Below are positions 1 to 12,600 of a DNA stretch of 64,000 nucleotides, piece after piece; position 1 is the first letter of the stretch; each line of letters starts with the position of its first letter. Source of the DNA: Lytechinus pictus (taxonomy: Eukaryota); contig NC_087251.1 in the NCBI RefSeq assembly GCF_037042905.1, positions 48,858,001-48,922,000 of the forward strand. The letters run 5' to 3'. Made by a program: the position numbers and the translations under genes. The notes under the pieces are model-generated. The model was not told where the DNA came from, did not search any database, and saw nothing but the letters and a program-made list of their open reading frames with translations.

Positions 1-469
1 ACTTGGGGGGATTAACCAAAACCAAAAGTTTACTGCCCATGATCAAGCATCCATTTCCATTTATTTACTTTTTCTTGTTTTGTAATCTTGATATTGATCA
101 CATCTTAGAAATTATTATTAAACCCTTCCAGTACAAACAAATTTAATGAATTTATGTTTTGATGTGTGAAAGAAAAAAGCAATGCTATACATGTAGATAA
201 GACAGGAATACCTTAAAATAGAGCTATAAGGAGTTCCCCGGTCATTCATTTCAAACAGGCAGATGCACAGCCCATATTTTGATATGATTCCATATTATCA
301 ATTTTTTTTTGTTTTGAAAAGACTGCAAGCATGGATCGAGAGAAAGAAACAACAGAATTTGTTAGATTCAGTACGGATACCGAAGTGCTAGTTCCCTCAG
401 TCTTTCACAAGCAGGCAAATATAGTGCCCATATTCAATTATTTCAAATTTCAAACTATTCTTTCTAAAG

Positions 470-3400
470 ACTGCAATCATGGATTGAGAAGAAGCAACAG
501 CAGGAGGAAGAACGTGAAAAGCGGAGAAGGGAGAAGCTGGAGAGGATGCGCTCTACCCCCAAGCACTACTTTGTTGATCCAACCTATGACAAACAGAGAG
601 AGGCTGTTACGGAGAGTCTGGATGAAGCTGTGTCCACAGGTGCGCATGTTATGAACAAATCTCGTGCTACAGTCACACGAAACTGACTCCAAACTGACTG
701 CTTATATACCATTAGAAATAATGTGAAATGTTTGACTGGTCTGTAGTCGATTTTTTTTTGGTGTGCCTTTAAAGGGATGGTCCGGGCTGAAAGTATTTAT
801 AGCTTAATAAATAGAGTAGAATTCTCTGAGCAAAATGCCGAAAATTTCATCAAAATCGGATAACAAATAACAAAGTTATTGAATTTTAAAGTTTAGCAAT
901 ATTTTGTGGAAACAGTCGTCATGAATATTCATTAGGTGGGCTGATGATGTCACATCCCCACTTGTTCTTTTGTATTTTATTATATGAAATTAGGTTTATT
1001 CAATTTTTTTCCTCCAAGAACTAGAAAAATTGGATTGACAACTGATTTAGTGCATTAGATATTTATTGCTGCAACTTATTTCATTGTAAGGGAGACATAT
1101 TATTCACACAAGTATGAAATAAAGAAAAAATTATGATTTTATGTAATAACATAAGAAAACGGAAAGTGGAGATGTGACATCATCAGCCCACCTAATGAAT
1201 ATTCATGACGACTGTTTTCACAAGATATTGCTAAACTGTAAACTTCAATAACTTTATTTATTTGTCATCCGATTTTGATGAAATTTTTTGGCATTTTGCT
1301 CAGTGAAGTCTACTCTATGTATTAAGATATAAATATTTTCAGCCCGGACCATCCCTTTAAGCATTATGGACCAAACAGATACTGATATTAGAAGTAAACA
1401 TGAGAGCATTTTTATAAGCTACCAAAATCCTGATTATCCGAGAGAAAATTAGTCAGTAAAAAATCACTGCAAAATTCTTCATGATATTTTCCAATGTTCA
1501 TAAGTAAGAGCTTACTATAGATGATAGATCATTCAAGTATTTGGCAGGCAGATCATATATTCTTCATTTTGTAAGAGGTGCAAAATCCAAAATTTCTGGG
1601 ATATTTTTTCACCACTGTAAATTGACTGGCCTACCCTTCATACTTTAACATTTGCAATTAAATTTACAACATGGAAAGTTCCTCTTAAAAAAAAAGAATT
1701 GTAATTTGAAGGGGGAAAAAGTGTACTAATTGGAAGTAATGTATATAGCCTATGATAATATGATAACAATGATGTGCACTATGAACAAATATTTTAAAAA
1801 AAATGTGGCAGATATGTGAGATTTTGATTGAAAATCTGAAAATACAATGTGGTGTGTGATAATGTAAATTATCGCAATACACTTGAAATTTACATAGACT
1901 GAAGTCACCTTAAAGGAGAATGAAACCCTTGAAACCAGCTGAATCCATATCAAAGAGAAAAATCAAAGAAACATATTGTTGAAAGTTTGAGGAAGATTGA
2001 ATGAATAATAAGAAAGTTATGAGCATTTGAATATTGAGATCACTAATGCCATGTAGATCCTCCCATTGGCAATGCGACCAAGATCTGTGATGTCACACAC
2101 GTACAACTCCCTCATTACTTTAGTACTTATTTCACTAATATTCTCACTTTTATAGAGTCTATCACAAGGTGAGGTGTTCTCTTTATGAGAGGACAAGTAC
2201 AGATGTTTCACAACATTATATCATTGATGAATCGTTTGTCATATGATTAGAATGAGCAAAAAGAGATGTTTTGGGGTATATTTTCAGTGTCCAAAAGGGG
2301 AGAGTTGTTCATCTGTGATATCATAGATCTTGGTCGCATTGCCAATAAGAGAGGATCACCATAGCATTAGTGATCTCGACATTCAAATGCTCATAACTCT
2401 TCTATTGCTAGTCCTATTTTACTCAAACTTTTGTTGATCTTATTCTTTGATTTTTCTGCTTTCACAAAAGCTAACTTGCTCCAAGAGTTTCATTCTCCTT
2501 TAAGTTGGCAAAGTAAATGAAACTTCATGAAGATCTATATTCTTTGGATGCAGGTATTGATGTGGCAGGTTCTAGTAAAGACGAGGCATCTACCTCTGGA
2601 GGTGTTAAGAGGAAAGCAGAAACAGATAGCGATGATGATGATGATGATGACGAGGCTGAACTGAAAAAACACTGCATGTGGTAAGGAGCAAAGATCCCAT
2701 GACAAAAAAACTTGAGCAAAGGAAAAGTTCCCCAAGTCAAATCTGTTGGGAGGTTTGAAAAAAGCTTGACTTTGTAATACAAATCCAGCTGACAGGACTC
2801 GCATGACCACTAGGTGGTTCAAGATAGTGTTCAATGTTGTGACTCATGAGTCACACAAGTTATTGAAATAACTTTCCTTCTGATTTAATTTGTTAGTAAT
2901 CAATGGTGTTGTAGCCTGCATTCTGATTGAAAAGTATATGAATTATCTGGACAAAATGAACAGCCTTTGAATAAATATTTTTGTAAAAAAAGGCAACATT
3001 CATAGCATGACAACTACGTTAAATCATATCTATGTACATAAAATGCATTATTGACTAACTTAGTCTATCGTGAACCTCTCGCTTCAGTTTCTCTGTTCAT
3101 AACATGAAAGAAGTAAAGGGGTATCAAAATATGTTTTAAAAACCATTTGTGAAACATACATATATATTTGTGTACATAATAAGTAGGAAGGGATTGTAAT
3201 TTTTTCTGAAAATTGTGTAAATATTGAATACAGGCTTGGTATTGTAGAAGACGAGGAGGAAGATGATGAAGAGGAATTAAAAACCGGAAACCAAGATGGG
3301 GAAATCTCAGAAGACACATCGGCTCCATCAACATCAACCTCACCACCCTCTATATCACCTGTTGACATGGCATCAGAGGCGGAGATACAGGCAGCGGAGG

Positions 3401-4374
3401 ATTGTCCCGAGTCATCTACTGAACCAACTGCAAGTTCAAAGACCCTTCTGAGTAGTCTTCCTCCACCAAGAAGTGGGACCTCTTCATCAACAACAGTATG
3501 TGTATACCTTACTTGATGCCTCATTCACACCTATGGGACCGACTCCAAACCGACTGATGGTATGCTATTGGATGTAACATAATAGCTTTGGTCGTTCTAG
3601 AGTCAGTTTCGCTGGTGTGACTTTGGCTTTGCATTGAAATAGAAAAATGGCTGTGTGATCTTGTGAATTGAATTTAGGAAAATGACAATTGTATGGGACT
3701 CGGGATGTAAGTTTATAAGTATGGTAGGATGTGCTTCAATTTTTGCTTTATATCACTTTTCATATTTTTTGTGCTTTATGCAAAAGAATGCACTGTATTT
3801 TTATGATCCTTTTACTGGGTATGAATGAGTATTCAGCATGGAATTGAAGACAAAAATAATGCATAGAACATAACATTTTAATTAATAGGACGTGTTTTAA
3901 GGTAATCAAATTTCATCCTCAGCCTGAAATTATATACAGAATCATTGGTTTTTATACACTTTAGATGAAAAGTAAATTTGAAGAACGTAGTTAGGTAAAT
4001 TCCAAAGGTATGTGCTACAGTGTGAATTTAATTATTAAAAGGAGTGGAAAGAATGGGATTTCATTCACTTCCAGTTCTTCAGAACCTATGAACTTGAAAA
4101 AAATAGTAGTAAAACAATTTTTGTGCAATCTCACATCACACCCTTGCAGGAAGAAGGACCAATCAACCTTGATGACTATTCCTCTTCAGCAGACCTAGAA
4201 GACCTCGGCCTCGATCGCCTGAAGAGCGCTCTGATGGAGAGAGGAATGAAATGCGGCGGTACACTACAAGAAAGGGCTCAGAGACTGTACTCGGTAAGGG
4301 GTCTGGAGCCATCCGAAATAGACCCATCACTGCTTGCAAAGGCAGGCAAAGGAAAGAAGGGGAAAAAGAAATGA
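470..4374 (+). CDS. SDE2: SDE2 (replication stress response / splicing regulator), last four coding exons; 5' exons lie outside the window
   Basis: Exons 470-639, 2554-2680, 3234-3495 and 4150-4374 have AG/GT boundaries and compatible phases. They give [39 protein letters not shown]..., KKHCMWLG, an acidic/Ser-rich linker, and the C-terminal [44 protein letters not shown], which is the SDE2 C-terminal SAP-like domain. Confidence 0.93.
773..1356. mobile_element. Kolobok/T2-type MITE
   Basis: TTAA on both sides (769-772, 1357-1360); TIR AGGGATGGTCCGGGCTGAAA / TTTCAGCCCGGACCATCCCT; long internal inverted similarity; no ORF. Confidence 0.85.
1914..2499. mobile_element. Kolobok/T2-type MITE (family B, copy 1)
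   Basis: TTAA flanks; termini AGGAGAATGAAAC / GTTTCATTCTCCT; closely similar reverse-orientation copy at 45090-45673. Confidence 0.88.
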
Positions 4375-4987
4375 GCAGAGGATGATTGCTCGTAAGATAT
4401 AAAAAGAGAAGACAAGCGTTCAAACATGCTCAGGAAATGGAAGAACTGTACAAGTGAAAATTATATTACATTCAAGATACACCATATGTATCTCCTTTCT
4501 GCCTATTCAGAAGCGCAGTGTTATAACATGGAAAGGGGATCATTTGAAATGTAACGAGAACTAATATTCGATGGCATCTGTTTAATAGTGTTTTCTAATT
4601 AAATTTTGCTGAATTATTTTGGTACGTCATTCCCGGAACAAGAATATTTCATTTAACAATCAATTCAAGTTCAGGTATTTCTCTTCTCCCAAATAAATGG
4701 ACAAGTTTGTACACTTTGAAACCAGATGCAAAAAAAACATGACCCATTTTTGTATATTCAATTTGGCTGTTAGAATAAATATTGACATTTTATGTGATTG
4801 TTTGCCTGTATTTGAGAATCAAAGGGAATACTTTAGTTCCCTCGAGCTCCAAAAGAGCACATCTTGGATATCAGCAAGACCAAGGAGCATCCTCTTTATC
4901 AACTTTCTGTTCAGATTTACAAGCATTTTTTAAAATTCATATACATGTAAATAATAAATATATTTTGCTATTTCATACTTACTCGTT

Positions 4988-5410
4988 GGCCCGAATTCAC
5001 AAAGGTGGTTTTGAAAACCCATGGTTGAATCCATGGTTTATGCAAATTTCTTGTATAAATTACGCTTAATTTAGCGGGTATCAGGCACATGTATAAAAAA
5101 TGTCCAATGCTGATGTGCGCTTTTGTCAGTGCACCAAATTGACGCCTGTTACCATGATTAGATACGCTATTTTATTCACGAGTCCACTGTTTGAAGAGTG
5201 GACTCATGAATAAAAACAGTGGACTCATGAATAAAATAGCGTATCTAACCATGGTAACAAGCGTCACTGTGACAAAAGCGCGCATTAGAGTTGGACATGT
5301 TTTATACATGCGCCCGATACACGCTAAATTAAGCGTAATTTATACAGGAAATTTGCATAAACCATGGATTCAACCGTGGGTTTTTAAAACCACCTTTGTG
5401 AATTCGGGCC
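4988..5410. mobile_element. Fold-back MITE (~420-bp palindrome, Harbinger-like termini)
   Basis: GGCCCGAATTCACAAAGGTGG... / ...CCACCTTTGTGAATTCGGGCC; the arms pair almost to the centre. Confidence 0.8.
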
Positions 5411-5559
5411 TCTAAGTCTGCTATTAGAAAATTGATTAATGTAAACTTCCATTGAAATTGTTTAATTGTTCTGGCACCATGCATTATGTATATCTGTATC
5501 TGTTTGTGGAGAATTATTTGCTAGTGTGATGATGGTAAATGTCAGTTGGAAATCCTTAA

Positions 5560-6153
5560 AGGGGAATCCAGCCTTGGCCATAAAATGTTGTGTTGTAAAG
5601 GAAAAAATAAACTAAACAGAATGGTGAAAGTTTGAAAGAAATCGGACAAGCAATAAGAAAGTTATAGCTGTTTTAAAATTGAGATCTGTAAGACCATGTA
5701 GATTTCAAATTGGCAACTGGGTAAGTAAATTATGACAAGGGGCAAGGACAACTTTCCCATAGGCCATGTACTTTATTATCAGGGATTTGTGGTTTTCTCC
5801 TAAGTATCCATTCCCCTTGGGCAGTAATCTAAATATAAACCAGGTAGTATATTGTTTAATGTCCTCATGAAAGAAAAATATAATTTGAAATAAAACTTTT
5901 GGGAAAAATGACATTTCAGCCATAATATGTATTGGAGTACATGGAAGAGTAGTCCTTGCCTTACATCACTATGACATCCCATATGCGGCTAATTTGAAGT
6001 CTCCATGAGTATGGTGATTACCAATATTAACAACTTTTAAAAATTCATAACTTTCTTGTTCTTTGTCCAATAATGTTCAAACTTTCACCTATCAACTTGT
6101 CTGATTTTTCTTTTTCTTATAAAAACAAGTTTTTATTTGGGTTGGATTCCCCT
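5560..6153. mobile_element. Kolobok/T2-type MITE (family C, copy 1)
   Basis: TTAA flanks; AGGGGAATCCA / TGGATTCCCCT termini; reverse-orientation copy at 25368-25958. Confidence 0.87.
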
Positions 6154-6364
6154 TTAATCAAATATATATTTAAATTATGGTTAGCCGAGGTAAAATTACC
6201 CTCTGAACACACTGGCAGTTGGATAGTTTGGTCAGCATATGATGACGTACGTATGACAACCCATTTCTGTATTTAATTCTGTTTATTGGTATCCAACATT
6301 CCATTCTTGATATCTTAAAGTTCCCACAAAGTATCAATGTCATGAAATCATTTTGTGTTGTTAA

Positions 6365-6741
6365 AGGTATTGTTTAACTTTGTGAGCAGCCGATTTAAAA
6401 GATTCTCAAACCAAGATGAAACATGTGTACAAGTGCATGTATTAGAACTAATAAACCCTGAAAACAACCATTATTGAGAATGAAAAGCTAAAACTACAAG
6501 GCAAACCCCGATTTTGTAAATAGGCATCTTGTAGACGCCTAAATAGTACACATAAGTGTATGGGATGAAATTAAGATGGTGTTTTTGGTCACTTTATATT
6601 TCAATTTTTGAAGCACTAAATAATTATTTTCGAACGCAATTTTTTCTGGGCTTCATTTTTGTAACATATCACAGACACAGGTGACAAATGTGACCTTCTA
6701 GCTCAGATTTTTTTAAGTCAAACCAATGTTAACCAATCACT
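6365..6741. mobile_element. TTAA-flanked MITE with imperfect TIRs (Kolobok-like)
   Basis: TTAA at 6361-6364 and 6742-6745; AGGTATTGTTTAAC vs GTTAACCAATCACT. Confidence 0.6.
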
Positions 6742-9673
6742 TTAACATAAGGAAGTTCTTGATATCAATAAATACATGTAGGATTAAATGAGAAAATGGC
6801 TTGCCATTTGTATGATGGCATAGGCTGACTAAAACATCTGGGTGGGTGTTTCATAAAGCCGTTCGTAAGCTAGAGCAACTTTCAGAACGACTGGTGAACC
6901 TATCTTACGTGCTTAATAAACACCAATGAACATTTAATGGTAAATATCTTTATCACAAGAAAAGATCACAAGTCGTTCTTCATGTCACTCTTAACAGATT
7001 TAGGAAACAGCCCCCAGATGTGACACAAACCAATGAACACTGAATCTTTTTTTTTTAATTTTTTTTTGTAAAACGACACTTTGCAAAGAATTTTTAAGAC
7101 AGTAATATAAGAATTGAAAAATGGAAAACCCAGTTTTACTTCTAGTCAATGATTGCATAAAAAATCCACTAAATCAACAAAACATGATTGAGAAACCAGC
7201 TATTTTTTGTTATTTTTTTGTAAATATCTGTTTGAAAGCTTTATGACATGCCTACCTGGGGGAATCATCTCATATGGTTTGATGATTAAAAAGGATTGAT
7301 TTCTTTCTATGTACTTCATAATAGGGTTTTGATGTGTATTTTTAGAACCGATTGCATTTAAATGTGTATTTGTGTTTGGAACTCTTGTACTTTCAATTTA
7401 TGTTCACGTGTTTTCCAGGCAAAAAAAAGTATTTTCATTTTTTAGGACTATTTTTTACACCCTGTGGCTTAAGTTTGCAAGATTGGATAAGATCTAACAT
7501 TCATTGCAGTGAATTAACATTATCCAGGGGTCTTTTCAGCAAATCTGGAGCAAATTGCCTCAATCTCCCCATGTAATTTTTTACCTGGCGTTTTCTACTG
7601 CATATAGTATAAAGTTTCTTGGAGTAGTGTGTGCGCAGCGCTTTGTCAACGAAAGGAAAAGGCGTATATCAAATGACCTTTGGATTGGATCGTCTACTCT
7701 GTGTCACATTATTTTAAAACATTACTTTCAATTCAAATACTGGATTTATTTAAAGCATAACACAAAAGGGGTTCGTGTGAGAAATTCTTGTTCATCTGTT
7801 TAATCATAGTTTCAATAATGAAGATGTGAGAAAATAAACATTGAAAACACACAAACATGCCTTTTTGTGTTTTGTCATAACATTTTATTTTATTTTCAGT
7901 TTTCTTTTCAACTTATAATAGATAATATATATTATGTCAGTATCAGTGTCTCTTTTGGACATGAACATAATGTATTTCAATACCATATTTCAAATAAATA
8001 ATACATGTCAATAGTCAATACCATATTTCAAATAAATATATTTCTCTTCGGCTGTACATATTTTTTTACAATAATTCACTTGACATTGCAGGTTTATTTC
8101 GAACAAAAATGATGTGGCTTTTTGTGGCACAATAGCACAATTCTTAGCCACAAATTAATAGAATATATGATTGTTAAATAATAAGGAAGATTGTTAGGAA
8201 AAAAAGAGGAGGGGCTTAACAGGGCATAAGGCATATATCAGGAAAATCAGCTGAGATCCCTTGCAAAAGTCAAAGACGAGTGCAGTGTCGTCTGTGCGCT
8301 ATCTGATGCATTTCCTTGAGAAGCCTGGTCAATATAAATATTACCCTGTAATTTAGTATATGGGTCTGTGGGAAGGACCTGGAAGAGTGATCCATAATTC
8401 AGTGCAAAATGTGTCTATTCACAGTTGAAATGTCTTGCATAGGTAATAAATACTCAAAATCAATTTCAGAAACAAATTCATATAAGTAGAAGATTTTGTA
8501 TTGACAAAAATACATTGTTTAATTTGTACAAGAAGTACAAAACATTAAATCTATGATATCTCTAATTTACATAAATATTTGAAGAGAATAAATACTGTGT
8601 AGTTCATAACACAAATGAAAATGACCTATTCACATTTTATGATCTTTGGAAAAAGTATTCAAGGCATATACCCGTATGTATTCAATGAAATTGAAATTCA
8701 GAAATAAATAAATTAACATAAATACACATCTCATCAATGCTAGTAACAAATTCTTTTTACAAAATAAACTTCCAAATTTGAAAATACACTCTTTTCACAC
8801 ATAAATATCTGGTATCAATTTTAGATTACAGTTTATTTGAAAAATATCAACAAAAAACAAACTATGTACTCCGATACACCTTCCAATGCATACAACTTGG
8901 TTCAGTTGTAAAAAATCATGTGATCACCAAAAGATGTCCACAAATTTCCCATAAGTGAAGAACAATCATACTTGTTCCTATTGATTTACATTTCCATGGA
9001 AGCACCTTCAACTGTTGTATTCTTAATTTGGATAGGTGGTATTCAAGATAATTGGAGAGGCTTGATGAAATCTGAGTTGCAATAGACCTAAATGCTTTAC
9101 TGTCTTCAAAATAAAGCCCTGAAATTGACCCTAATTCAACTGGGCTATTTCAGACCAGGATATACTTCAGATCTCGGCCGCTGGAAATTTGCACACAAGT
9201 AGAACCTGATGTGACCTACAAGACTAAAAATTTTCAAAAAATTAATTGTTTATATTTTTTCATCAATTAAAAGATTAAGATGTGAAGTCTCTGATATCAA
9301 TCTGTTTTGTTAAATATAACAAATTTATTTCATAAAGGCTTCAATTATTTTTATATTGATTCATGAACCGTAAGAACTGAAATTGATGGAGTTTATAACA
9401 CAGAGCATATGGAGGAGCAGCTGGCATGTGACACTAAACCTTCACTGAAATGCTTCTCTCATTTTGATGCTTGATTTACACCAAATATCAGGGGAACTTG
9501 CACTATAAATAATAGATCATTAGACTATCCAAGTGCTTCAAAAAATAGTGAAGTCATTGTATAAACAAGAGCCTCTTAACAGCTTTAAAATGATAACTCA
9601 AATGACGTTCAGAACGTACATCAAATCTGAACTTAATCATTCCATTTTTTACTTGATGCCAAAGAAAAAGTAT

Positions 9674-12600
9674 TTAACTGTGACTACCGATGGCAGATTT
9701 CAGATGCAGAAATGTTCTGTCAGGAATGGTCTCCAGTATATCTAGAAAGATGTCAAAATGTGATTCCTCAGTCAGTAATGTGATAAAAAGTAAGGATATA
9801 TTTCATTTTCACATTGGAGATATTACAAAAGCTTGCATTTCATCCAAAGTTGTGTAGAAATCTTTTTTGACATGAACAGACTGAAATCTGAATTTAGACT
9901 TTTTCAACATATTTTGGCAATAGAAAACACCTTTATCATGAAGGAAAGGATTCAATATAGATGATGATACTCAAGACTTTTTTATCAAGCCATTGTGGCA
10001 TCCCTGCATGAAAGTTATTATCTATCCATTTCTTTCTCTTCAGACACTGAGTGGCATGAACATATCCTTTCCCAGGGGTAGCATCATGGTATTTTGATGT
10101 GGGAGGGAGGGGGGGGCCACTCCAACCTAAAGGTGACATTTTTTTGTCAATGGAATAATGGGAGTATTGTATAGTTAACCAACCAAAAACTCTTTCATGC
10201 TTTTCTTTCTTATTTTCTCCCTTTTCTCTTTCTTTTTTTCTTTTCTCAGTATGTAATGCATGATGGGTATGTGCCATGGAGGGACCCCCATTATACACTC
10301 AAATGTCCTTCCAAGGCATAGCATTTTTATCTTTTGAGAAAAAGAACAAAGAAGGCCGCTCCAAAGCATAGAAGGAAATCTGTTTCAAAGCTTTGCATAT
10401 TTTTTGTTACGCCGTCCTGGCTGCATTGATCCACTACAATGAGCTGCAATTTTGGTGAATAATGGCCGCAGTCCGCTGACCGACCATCGCCTCTGTGTGA
10501 GCGCACCTGGCGCCCATGCCGCCGAGCTAGCTGCACACACATATGCCCGTTCCATAGCGATGCATAGGCAATCACACGTAGGCGACCCATTCCAAGGCCC
10601 CCCGTTTTCACAAACATTTGTAGTTCCGAAGACCCTCCTTTTTACAATAAGCCCGCTCCAAAGCTCTCGATTTTTGTTTCACCCGTGGCACATACCTACC
10701 ACTTTTTTTTGGTTGAGTACCCCCCCCCCCCTGGGTTTCATGATGCTTTTACCCTATTCAATCAATTCATTTATTGTATTTCAGTATTTTTATATTCTTT
10801 TAATTTCACAACAGAATTTATTTTTTGACATTTTTAGCCACAGGATTATAAAAAATCTACCGTAAAAGAAGAATATTCTTGCCTTGAGGGTGTTGCCTGA
10901 TGTGCCTCATGTCAATCTTGCCCTGCAGTGTTGGTATCTGTGCAATGGATGAATGGATACTGTATCCTTGAAATGGCAATGTAGTTAGGACACACTCTGG
11001 AGTGGGTTCTGATGATTCAAGGTGTTGGTAGTTGAGACGCTTTCTATTACCAAGGCCTGCATCTCCAGCATGCTTCTACAATATGGATGAAGAATAAGAT
11101 TGATTTTAACCATTAACGTAAATGGAAATATAAATATATCAAACATTATCATTACCAATGGTCTAAGTTAAACTGGACTTCAAAATACAGTCCAAGGGAT
11201 CAATCTAAAAAAATGAAAGTAAAATAATTATCTTAGAGTTTGCAACAGCATAAATTAGGACATTTTCCTGTCAAAGCAAAGCTATTAATAAAGGTATTTA
11301 TCTACTCACAAATCTACAACACAATCTTATCGAAAAGTTGTGCAAAATCTTAAATTCCAACATGACACCTGGGGGGTGTTTCACAAAGATTTAAGTATGA
11401 CTTATATCGCACTTAAATGCCGACGTGTACCTGAAATGCAATGCGCAATCTAATTGATCAGTACGCAGTAGTGCGCATCCTCTTTGCATGATCTGACAAA
11501 TGTGGTTATGCCTTTTATACCGCACGGAACTAGGCATTTCAGTACGACTCTAAGTCATAAAATCTTAAATCTTTGTGAAACACCCCCCGGGATGGTTTTT
11601 CATAAAGCTGTTTATAAAGTAACGCATGACTTTACTCATGACTGGAACACGATCTAAGGTGCTAAGTCAGCTATATAGGTATATAAGAACAATCACCAAT
11701 CGTGCATAAACCTATCTGTAACTTACTAACAGCTTTATGAACGGCCATCTGGTGCTCTGCAAAATAGAACACCATCACAGATATCAAGATCACTACTACA
11801 GCAATGTAAGAGAACATTCTCTCAGCAACACCTTACCAAGATTCTTGATTTCTTTGGTAGCTGCTTAGAAGGTGTCCCAGCTTCAGGGCTGTGACGTTTC
11901 AGTTGGGTAGAAGGGGTCATTTCATTCACTCTCCTCTTCTCATCTGTCACTGGTGTCTCTGCCCCCAAATCCAAGTGCTGAGATGCCTGTAGACACATCG
12001 GCTAGCAGAAAATTAAAATAAAAAAAACTCTTTCTCTTACTTACTCTTAATGCCAGAACCTACAACCATCACCATGATGACACTTTTAATATCTGTTTCC
12101 TGATTGTCTACGCACTCAACACAAGAATTATAATTATTTATTGTTTACTGCAGTTATTGTTAATTAGAATTGTTATTGTGAATTGTAAATGATTGTTTCA
12201 ATCATTACTGTACATTAAAGTTAAATCCTCATTTATGTGCAATTCGGTTGGTTTTTTTTTATTAAGAATTCAATGGTAATTCAGCCTTCATGAGTGCAAA
12301 TATTGACAAATTATTAAGAATTCAATGGTAATTCAGCCTTCATGGGTGCAAATATTGACAAATTATATCTGATATCTGGATTTTATAAATTCCTTCTATA
12401 CTTGCTGCACCATCTTTAGACCATTGGTGATGTGAACTGATATGAGATGACAAAGTGGATCCTGATCAAATGACTGGTTGTTCACGCACATTAGACTAAG
12501 TTATTTTTTTTCCCTTTGCATAAATCAAATTATGACCGGGTGATGAGCAGCCATACGTAAAGTATAATGACTGGTCCCGATTTTGAAATGAGGGTAGTTT

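Noticed and set aside
3065..3524. Minus-strand ORFs over SDE2 exons (also 477-692, 2525-2834, 4163-4423)
   Set aside because: Antisense shadows of real plus-strand exons.
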